From contig CAVYCN010000006.1 of assembly GCA_963767005.1 (NCBI GenBank), forward strand, positions 1-64,000: a stretch of DNA of 64,000 nt. Reading direction: 5' to 3'. How positions within the stretch are numbered: the first letter of the stretch is position 1; every line of letters starts with the position of its first letter. The notes under the pieces are model-generated. The model was not told the DNA's origin and searched no databases. It saw only the letters and a program-made list of their open reading frames with translations. Positions 56,811 through 64,000 of this stretch are shown piece by piece. This stretch comes from an uncultured Actinomycetes bacterium. Its GTDB lineage: Bacteria > Actinomycetota > Thermoleophilia > UBA2241. Both the position numbers and the translations under genes were made by a program.

Positions 56811-58304
56811 GTGAAGGCGAGCACGACCTGGCTCAGCGACGCGGAGAAGAACGCCATCGCCGACCACGCCCTCGAGGTGCTCGCCACCACCGGCATGCGC
56901 TTCGCCGGCTCGCGGGTCCTGCCCCTGCTCGCCGAGCAGGGCGCCGCGGTCGACCGTGCGCGCGGCCTTGCTCGCTTGCCGCGCGAGCTCGTCGAGCGGT
57001 CGCTCGCCGCCTGCCCGCGCTCGTTCGTCATGGGCGGCGCCACGCCGGCCGACGACGTCGCGCTCGGCACCGGCGAGGCCTTTCACTTCACGCCCAGCGG
57101 CTGCGTGGCCAAGACGCTCGACCGGCAGAGCGGCCGGCGCCGCCCGAGCACGCTCCAGGACCTGCGCGACTGCACCGGCCTCATGGACGAGCTGCCCGAG
57201 ATGGACGTCATGTCGACCCAGGTCAGCGCGACCGACGTCGGCCTTGAGCGCCGCGAGCTGCTCGAGTACTTCACCATGCTCACCGAGACCACCGAGCACG
57301 TCTCGTTCATCGACTGCCCGCACGAGGTCGACGCCGTGCTGCGCCTGTGCGACGTGCTCGGCGAGGCCGCCGGCTTTGCCGAGCGGCCGCGCTTCTCCAC
57401 GGTGTGCACCATCGCCTCGCCGCTGCAGGTCGACGGCGGGGCGCTCGACGTGCACCTCGCCCTGGCGCCGCGCGGCGTGCCGGTCGAGGTCTACTCCATG
57501 ACGATCGCCGGCGCGACCTCGCCGGTCACGCTGGCCGGCACCGTCGTCCAGGCGGTGGCCGAGTTCCTCGGCGTGGCCACCGCCTTTCAGGTGGCGGCCC
57601 CCGGCGCGCGCCTCGTGTTCTGCTTCGGCTCCGGCGTGCTCGACATGGTGCGCACGACCTTCTCGCTCGGCTGCGTCGAGAGCGGCCTCATGGCAGCCAT
57701 GGCCACCGAGGTCGGCCACCACCTCGGCGTGCCCACCCTCAACCCCGCGCTGTCGACCGACGGCAAGCACCCCGGCGTGCAGGCCGGCTACGAGAAGGCG
57801 CTCAAGGCGGCCACCGTCTGCGCCGCCAACCCCGACCTCGTGTCGGGCTGGGGCCTGATCGACTCGCACAACACGATGTACCTGCCGCAGTCGGTCATCG
57901 ACAACGAGATCGCCGCCATGGTGCGGCGCCTGTGCGCGCCGGTCGACGTGAGCGAGGCCAGCCTCGCCGGCGACTCGATCGCCCGCGTCGGGCCCGGCGG
58001 CGGCTTTCTGCGCGAGAAGGACACGGCGCGGCGCATCCGCGCCGGCGAGCACTTCCTGCCGACGGTCTCGAACCGGCTCTCCTACGACCAGTGGCTCGCC
58101 GAAGGTCGTACCGAGGTCGACGCCGCCGCCGCGCGAGTCGACGAGCTGCTCGCGCGGCACCACGCGCGCGGCCCGCTGCTGCCCGCCGACCAGCTCGACG
58201 AGATCGCCGCCATCTGCCGGGCGGACCCCGGCAGCGTCCTCTGGGCGCGGCGCGAGGAGCGCCGCGACCGCCCGCGTCCCACGCCAGGAACGGAGGCACC
58301 GTGA
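56811..58304 (+). CDS. Trimethylamine methyltransferase superfamily protein, non-Pyl
   Basis: ASPLQ, AGATSPVTLAGT, VPTLNPALSTDGK..QAGYEK (no TAG), VGPGGGFL. Confidence 0.9.
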   Translation: MKASTTWLSDAEKNAIADHALEVLATTGMRFAGSRVLPLLAEQGAAVDRARGLARLPRELVERSLAACPRSFVMGGATPADDVALGTGEAFHFTPSGCVAKTLDRQSGRRRPSTLQDLRDCTGLMDELPEMDVMSTQVSATDVGLERRELLEYFTMLTETTEHVSFIDCPHEVDAVLRLCDVLGEAAGFAERPRFSTVCTIASPLQVDGGALDVHLALAPRGVPVEVYSMTIAGATSPVTLAGTVVQAVAEFLGVATAFQVAAPGARLVFCFGSGVLDMVRTTFSLGCVESGLMAAMATEVGHHLGVPTLNPALSTDGKHPGVQAGYEKALKAATVCAANPDLVSGWGLIDSHNTMYLPQSVIDNEIAAMVRRLCAPVDVSEASLAGDSIARVGPGGGFLREKDTARRIRAGEHFLPTVSNRLSYDQWLAEGRTEVDAAAARVDELLARHHARGPLLPADQLDEIAAICRADPGSVLWARREERRDRPRPTPGTEAP

Positions 58305-59221
58305 GCAGCACGATCGGCTACATCGGTCTCGGCAGTCTCGGCCGCCACCTCGCCGCCAGCCTGCTGCGGGCCGGCTTCGCGGTCACCGTCAACGACATCG
58401 ACCGCGACGCGGCCGGCCCGCTGCTCGAGGCCGGCGCGGCCTGGGCCGACTCGCCGGCAGCCGTAGCGCGCGCCGCCGGCACGGTGATCACCTGCCTGCC
58501 GTCGCCCGCCGCCGTGGCGAGCGTGGTGGCCGGCCCCGCCGGCGTCCTCGACGACCTCGCCGCCGGCGGCACCTGGATCGACATGAGCACGAACGACGCC
58601 CACGAGCTGCAGCGTCTGGCCGCCCTCGCCGCCGAGCGCGGCGTGGCCACGCTCGAGGCGCCGGTCACGGGTGGCGTGCACCGCGCCGCGGCCGGCATGA
58701 TCACCGTCCTGGTCGGCGGCGACGAGGCCGTCTATCACGCCCACCTGCCGGCCTTCGAGGCGATGGGCGGTCGCGTCTTCTACATCGGCGAGCTCGGCAA
58801 GGCATCGGTGATCAAGGTGATCACCAACATGCTGGCCTTCATCCACCTGGTGGCCGACGGCGAGGCGCTCATGCTGGCCAAGCGCGGCGGCGTCGACCTG
58901 AAGCTCGCCTGGGACGTGATCAAGGCGAGCTCGGGCAACAGCTTCGTGCACGAGACCGAGGGCCAGCTCATCCTGAGCGGCAGCTACAACATCAACTTCA
59001 CCATGGACCTCGCCCGCAAGGACCTGCACTTCGCCCTGGGCATGGGCCACGAGTTCGGCGTGCCACTCGAGCTCGCCGGCTTGACCGAGCAGATCTTCGC
59101 CCGGGCGCGGGCCACCTACGGCGGCGACGCGCAGTCGCCCATGGTCGCCAAGCTGCTCGAAGACGCGGTGGGCACCGACCTGCGCGCGCCCGGCTTTCCG
59201 GCCGAGCTGGCCCCCGAGTGA
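58301..59221 (+). CDS. 3-hydroxyisobutyrate dehydrogenase family NAD(P)-dependent oxidoreductase
   Basis: IGYIGLGSLG, WIDMST, EAPVTGG, KVITNML, ARKDL; GTGA overlap. Confidence 0.9.
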   Translation: MSSTIGYIGLGSLGRHLAASLLRAGFAVTVNDIDRDAAGPLLEAGAAWADSPAAVARAAGTVITCLPSPAAVASVVAGPAGVLDDLAAGGTWIDMSTNDAHELQRLAALAAERGVATLEAPVTGGVHRAAAGMITVLVGGDEAVYHAHLPAFEAMGGRVFYIGELGKASVIKVITNMLAFIHLVADGEALMLAKRGGVDLKLAWDVIKASSGNSFVHETEGQLILSGSYNINFTMDLARKDLHFALGMGHEFGVPLELAGLTEQIFARARATYGGDAQSPMVAKLLEDAVGTDLRAPGFPAELAPE

Positions 59222-59287
59222 CGGCTCGCGGGCTCGATGCACGAAGGCCCCCTGGTGACGGCTCGCGGGTTCGTGCACAGGGGCCCG
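59218..59287. repeat. Imperfect tandem duplication (~38 bp)
   Basis: GTGACGGCTCGCGGG.TCG..GCAC..GGCCC twice. Confidence 0.55.
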
Positions 59288-59393
59288 CGCAAGACGTAGA
59301 ATGTCGTCGCGGCATCCTTCGACGGCAGAAGGTTCGCCGCGAGCGCACACACGACGAATTTTCGGCACATGGCCGGCACGGAAGGAGCGCTTC

Positions 59394-60170
59394 ATGGAGA
59401 TCACCGAGTTCGCGATGGATTTCTTCTCGCTCGCGGGCAGGAACGCCATCGTGACCGGCGGCAACACCGGCCTCGGCAAGGCCTTCGCCCTGGCCCTCGC
59501 CAAGGCCGGCGCCAACGTGCTCGTGCCGAGCATCGTCGACGACGACGGCAGCACCGGAGCGCTCATCGCGGCCGCCGGCGTGCGCTACGAGTTCATGAAG
59601 GCCGACATCACCGCGCCCGGCGTGCCGGCGCGCGTCGTCGACGCCTGCGTAGAGCGTTTCGGCCGCCTCGACGTCCTGGTCAACAGCGCCGGCGTCTGCC
59701 CGCTGGCCGCCGTGCTCGACTTCGGCCGCGAGCTCTGGGACCGCACGATCGCGGTCAACCTCACCGCCGCGTTCGAGATGAGCCACGAGGCCGCGCGCCA
59801 CATGGTGCCCCAGCGCAGCGGCAAGATCATCAACGTCTGCTCGGTCTTCACCTTTTTGGGCGGGCAGTGGTCGCCGGCCTACGCGGCCTCCAAGCACGGC
59901 ATCGCCGGCCTCACCAAGGCCTACTGCGACGAGCTCGCCCAGTACAACGTGCAGGTCAACGGGCTCGCCCCCGGGTACTACGCGACCGAGATCACCCGCC
60001 AGACGCGCAGCGACCCGGTGACCAACCAGCGAGTGCTCGACCACATCGCGACCGCACGCTGGGGCGACCCGGCCGACCTCATGGGCACCGTCGTGTTCCT
60101 CGCCAGCCGCGCGTCCGACTACGTGAACGGCCACGTGCTGCTGGTGGATGGCGGCTACCTCGTCCGCTAG
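59394..60170 (+). CDS. SDR oxidoreductase (YgcW/KduD-like)
   Basis: TGGNTGLG, VNSAG, YAASKH, VNGLAPG, VDGGY. Confidence 0.9.
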   Translation: MEITEFAMDFFSLAGRNAIVTGGNTGLGKAFALALAKAGANVLVPSIVDDDGSTGALIAAAGVRYEFMKADITAPGVPARVVDACVERFGRLDVLVNSAGVCPLAAVLDFGRELWDRTIAVNLTAAFEMSHEAARHMVPQRSGKIINVCSVFTFLGGQWSPAYAASKHGIAGLTKAYCDELAQYNVQVNGLAPGYYATEITRQTRSDPVTNQRVLDHIATARWGDPADLMGTVVFLASRASDYVNGHVLLVDGGYLVR

Positions 60171-60181
60171 GCTGGAACGCG

Positions 60182-61621
60182 ATGGCAGGCACCAAGTACC
60201 TGGTCGGCGTCGACGGGGGCTCGCAGAGCTCCAAGGTCGTCGTCTTCGACATCGGCGGAACAGTGGTCTGCGAGGGCCGTCGCGGGCTGCAGCCCATGAG
60301 CCGGCCGCGCAACGGCATCGTCGAGCACCCCGACGACGACCTGTGGGACTCGATCTGTGCCGCCAGCCGCGAGGCCATGGCGGCCTTCCCCGGCGATCCG
60401 GCCGACATCGTCGGCATCGGCCTCTGCACGATCCGTTGCGAGCGTGCCTTCCTGAAAGCCGACGGCACGCTCGCTGCGCCGGGCATGAGCTGGATGGACG
60501 AGCGCGCCTACCAGCCCTGGACCTATCCGGTGCCGGGCACCGCCTGGGTGACGACCTCGTCGGGCTACATCACGCACCGCTTCACGGGGCGCTTCCGCGA
60601 CACGGCCGCCAACAACATCGAGATCCAGTGGCCGATCGACAGCGACACCTGGCAGTGGAGCGACGACCCGGCCGTGCTCGACGCCTGGCAGATCCCGCGC
60701 GAGATGCTGGTGGAGCTGCAGCTCCCCGGCGAGGTGGCCGGCTACGTCACCCCCGCGGCGGCCGCCGCGAGCGGCCTGCCGGCCGGCGTACCGGTCGTGC
60801 AGACGGCCAACGACAAGGCGGTCGAGGCGCTCGGCGCGGGCTCGCTCGACGACCGCACCGCACTGGTGTCGCTCGGCACCTACATCGCGGCCATGCTGCA
60901 CGGCAGCGAGAACCGCAAGACGCCGACCGAGTTCTGGACGAACTTCGCCTGCGTGCCGCACCGCTACCTCTACGAGAGCCACGGCATCCGCCGCGGCATG
61001 TGGACGCTCTCGTGGTTCCTCGACCTGCTCGGCGACGAGCTCGCCCGGGCGGCCGTCGCCGAGGGCGTGTCGCGCGAGGAGTACCTGGAGCGTGAGGCGC
61101 GCGCGGTGCCGCCCGGCAGCGACGGCCTGATGACCGTGCTCGACTGGCTCGCGCCCGCGGACCACCCCTTCCGCAAGGGCGTCATGCTGGGCTTCGACGC
61201 GCGCCACACGCGGGGGCACGTCTACCGTTCCATCCTCGAGGCCATCGCCGTGACCATGAAGAACCGGGTCGACGCGATGTGCGCCGAGCTCGGCGTCACG
61301 CTCGAGTCGATCGTCGTGTCGGGCGGCGGCTCGAGCAGCCCGCTCTTCATGCAGATCTTCGCCGACGTGTTCGGCATCCCGGCGGCGCGCACGGTCGGCG
61401 CCTCGGGCGCGAGCCTCGGGGCGGCCGTTTGCGCGGCCGTGGCGACCGGTGTCCACCCCGACTTCGGCACGGCCGCCGCCGCGATGAGCGGCGCGCGCGA
61501 GTCGTTCGCGCCGCGCGCCGACGCCACGGCCGTCTACCGCGCCCTGAACGACGCCGTCTACCGCGACATCCGGACGGCCACCGACCCGCTGCTCGAGCGG
61601 TCGTACCCCATCTTCCACTGA
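60182..61621 (+). CDS. FGGY-family sugar kinase (YgcE-like)
   Basis: GVDGGSQSSK, SWMDER, NDKAVE, SLGT, SGGGSSS. Confidence 0.9.
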   Translation: MAGTKYLVGVDGGSQSSKVVVFDIGGTVVCEGRRGLQPMSRPRNGIVEHPDDDLWDSICAASREAMAAFPGDPADIVGIGLCTIRCERAFLKADGTLAAPGMSWMDERAYQPWTYPVPGTAWVTTSSGYITHRFTGRFRDTAANNIEIQWPIDSDTWQWSDDPAVLDAWQIPREMLVELQLPGEVAGYVTPAAAAASGLPAGVPVVQTANDKAVEALGAGSLDDRTALVSLGTYIAAMLHGSENRKTPTEFWTNFACVPHRYLYESHGIRRGMWTLSWFLDLLGDELARAAVAEGVSREEYLEREARAVPPGSDGLMTVLDWLAPADHPFRKGVMLGFDARHTRGHVYRSILEAIAVTMKNRVDAMCAELGVTLESIVVSGGGSSSPLFMQIFADVFGIPAARTVGASGASLGAAVCAAVATGVHPDFGTAAAAMSGARESFAPRADATAVYRALNDAVYRDIRTATDPLLERSYPIFH

Positions 61622-61655
61622 CCAGATCCAGCCCCGAGCCACGGAAGGATCCATC

Positions 61656-63098
61656 ATGCAGCTGAGCCGAGAAGCGATCGTCGAGGGCCTGCAGCGCATC
61701 GTCGGCGCCTCCGACGTGGTCACCGACGCGGCCGTCCTCGCCGAGAGCAGCGTCGACAACTTCCGTAAGCTCGAGAACATCTTCGGCGTGCACACCATGC
61801 CACAGCCAGCGGCCGTGGTCATGGTGCGCAGCACGGAGCAGGTCGCCGCCGTGCTGGCCTTCGCCGACGAGCACGGCGTGAACGTCGTGCCGCGCACCGG
61901 CCACACGGCCACCGAGGGCGGCCTCGAGACACCCGTGCCCGACTCGATCGTGCTCGACGGCTCGCCGATGAACCGCATCATCGACATCGACACCTACAAC
62001 ATGCAGGCGACCTGCCAGTGCGGCGTGCCGCTGCAGGCCCTCGAGGACCGCGCCCGCGAGCTCGGCCTGACGACCGGCCACTCGCCCCAGTCCAAGCCGG
62101 TCGCCCACCTCGGCGGCCTCACGGCGACGCGCAGCATCGGCCAGTTCTCGACCCTCTACGGCGGCATCGAGGACATGGTCGTGGGCGTCGAGGCGGTGTT
62201 CCCCGGCGGCCGCGTGGCGCGCATCAAGAACGTGCCGCGACGCGCGGCCGGCCCCGACATCCGCCACATCGTGATCGGCAACGAGGGCGCCCTCTGCTTC
62301 ATCACCGAGGTGACGGTCAAGCTCTTCCCCTACTTCCCGCAGAACAACAGCTTCCTGGGGTACACGCATCGCGGCATGAAGGTCGGCTTCGAGGCGCTGC
62401 GCGAGGTCATGGTCGGCGGCTACAAGCCGTCGGTCGCGCGCATCTACGACCCCGGCGACGCCGACCTGCACTTCTCGCACTTCATCGCGCCCGGCGACTG
62501 CGTGCTGCTGTTCATGGCCGAGGGACCGGCCGGCATCGCGCAGGCCACGGTCGAGGGCATCGAGGCGATCGTCGCCCGTCACCCCGAGTGTCACCAGGTC
62601 GACGGCCGCTACATCGAGACCTGGTTCAACGACCTCTGCTGGGGGCCCGACAAGATCGCCGCCGAGGACGAGCGCATCAGGCAGACACGCAACGTCAACC
62701 GCACGACCGAGATCTCGGCCAACTGGAGCGCGATCAACGACATCTACGAGGCCGCCATCGGCCGCATCACGAACGAGATCCCCGACCTGACGAGGCTCGG
62801 CGGCCACTCGTCGCACAGCTACATCAACGGCACCAACATGTACTTCAACTACTTCTACAACCTGGTCGACTGTGGCCCCGAGGACGAGCCCACCAGGTAC
62901 TACCTGCCGATCATCAGGATCATCTGCGAGGAGACGCTGCGCTGCGGCGGCTCGATCGTGCATCACCACGGCATCGGCAAGGCACGCGTGCCGTGGGTGA
63001 AAGACGAGTACGGCTCGTCGTACTTCATGCTCGAGACGCTCAAGCGGGGGTTCGACCCGCACGGCATCATGAACAAGGGCACGATCCTGCCGGCATAG
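61656..63098 (+). CDS. FAD-linked oxidoreductase, alkyl-DHAP synthase-like (YgcU-like)
   Basis: GHSPQS, GGL.ATRSIGQFST.YG.IEDM, GNEG, HHHGIG, DPHGIMN. Confidence 0.9.
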   Translation: MQLSREAIVEGLQRIVGASDVVTDAAVLAESSVDNFRKLENIFGVHTMPQPAAVVMVRSTEQVAAVLAFADEHGVNVVPRTGHTATEGGLETPVPDSIVLDGSPMNRIIDIDTYNMQATCQCGVPLQALEDRARELGLTTGHSPQSKPVAHLGGLTATRSIGQFSTLYGGIEDMVVGVEAVFPGGRVARIKNVPRRAAGPDIRHIVIGNEGALCFITEVTVKLFPYFPQNNSFLGYTHRGMKVGFEALREVMVGGYKPSVARIYDPGDADLHFSHFIAPGDCVLLFMAEGPAGIAQATVEGIEAIVARHPECHQVDGRYIETWFNDLCWGPDKIAAEDERIRQTRNVNRTTEISANWSAINDIYEAAIGRITNEIPDLTRLGGHSSHSYINGTNMYFNYFYNLVDCGPEDEPTRYYLPIIRIICEETLRCGGSIVHHHGIGKARVPWVKDEYGSSYFMLETLKRGFDPHGIMNKGTILPA

Positions 63099-63121
63099 AG
63101 CGCGACGCGAGGACGAACGTC

Positions 63122-63961
63122 GTGAGCGAGCTGCGCATCCTGGTGGCGTTCAAGGTGACGCCCGACTTCGAGGCGCTGCGCGACGCCGAGTGGGCCGCCC
63201 TGGCGGCCGGCGCCGGCGACACGCGGTTCGTCAGGCGCGTGCTCAACTGCTTCGACGAGAGCGCCCTCGAGCTGGCGCTGCGGCTGCGCCGCGACCTCGC
63301 GGCCGCCGGCGTCAGCGCCACCCTGGCCGCGCTGTCGGTCGGCGGCCGCGAGGTCGACCCCTTCCTCGCCACGCTACGGGCGCTCGGCTACGAACGCACG
63401 GCGCGGGTCGAACCCGGGCCGCACGCGGCCGCCCTCGACTTCGCGCCGGGCGCCGTGGCGGCGCTGATCGCCGCCTACGCCCGGCGCGTCGCGCGCAGCG
63501 ACCTCGTCGTGCTCGGCAGCCGCAGCGGACCCGGCGACGGCGGCACGGTGCCCTTCCGCGTCGCCGAGGCGCTCGGCCTGCCCTGCCTGGCCCAGGTCAC
63601 CGAGCTCGCGGCCCTGACAGACGGCCGGGTGCGCGTCGCGCGCGCGGCCGACGACGGCCTGCTGCGGCTCACCCTGAACGGCCCCTGCGTGCTCGGCGTG
63701 GGCAACGCCGTGGTCTCGTGCCTGAGCGCGCCGACCCTGAAGGAGCGCCTCGCCCACCACGACGAGCCGCCCGAGGTGCTGAGCGATGCCGAGCTCGGCG
63801 TCGACCTCGACGCCGAGCTCGGGCGCGCCGGCGTGGCGCTGACCGGCCTCGAGACGATCGACCGCTCGCGCGCCGGTGCGCTCGTCGGCGGCGCGACGCC
63901 GGCTGACGCGGCGCGCCGCCTCTACGACGGCTGGCTGCGCCCTCTGCTGGAGAAGTCGTGA
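63122..63961 (+). CDS. Electron transfer flavoprotein beta subunit (FixA/YgcR-like)
   Basis: ILVAFKVTPD, NCFDESALELAL, G.RS..GD.G.VP..VAE.LG.P. Confidence 0.85.
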   Translation: MSELRILVAFKVTPDFEALRDAEWAALAAGAGDTRFVRRVLNCFDESALELALRLRRDLAAAGVSATLAALSVGGREVDPFLATLRALGYERTARVEPGPHAAALDFAPGAVAALIAAYARRVARSDLVVLGSRSGPGDGGTVPFRVAEALGLPCLAQVTELAALTDGRVRVARAADDGLLRLTLNGPCVLGVGNAVVSCLSAPTLKERLAHHDEPPEVLSDAELGVDLDAELGRAGVALTGLETIDRSRAGALVGGATPADAARRLYDGWLRPLLEKS

Positions 63962-64000
63962 GCGGGCGCCACGACCGGCGACTCGGCACTCGTGCGGAGA

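Noticed and set aside
1-64000. pylT (tRNA-Pyl), pylS or pylBCD in the window
   Set aside because: No CUCUAAA-type anticodon arm or Pyl enzyme ORF was recognised by eye. They must be sought elsewhere in the genome.

Overview
Very GC-rich bacterial chromosome segment. The gene style suggests Actinomycetota (possibly Thermoleophilia; this is an inference) with an anaerobic gene set. Main signal: two adjacent minus-strand genes, each split by one in-frame TAG exactly at the pyrrolysine (Pyl) position. They are a dimethylamine methyltransferase mtbB (54397-55803, TAG 54763-54765, context DGL*VGSGDP) and a trimethylamine methyltransferase mttB (52866-54341, TAG 53358-53360, context WVAGA*GDAK). The ORF track shows each as two fragments. 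About 19 other gene ends, including thrS and grpE, use TAG as a normal stop, so UAG appears to have two meanings here. No pylTSBCD genes are visible in the window. The window also carries: two non-Pyl MttB paralogs; two corrinoid proteins with a UroD-family methyltransferase and a GntR regulator; a HydBC/NuoEF-type module with a catalytically disarmed FdhA/NuoG-like subunit followed by nfnAB; a divergent DRTGG/kinase/[FeFe]-hydrogenase-like regulatory cassette; a flavinylation cluster (ferric-reductase-like, FMN-binding, ApbE); a ygc-like SDR/kinase/FAD-oxidase/ETF operon; thrS; a vapBC pair; an orphan GrpE/TPR/J-domain trio; an SRA-like plus PD-(D/E)xK nuclease; a solo Cas4-like nuclease; several gene remnants; operator palindromes; and a REP-like repeat. 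No rRNA, tRNA, CRISPR array or transposase was recognised.
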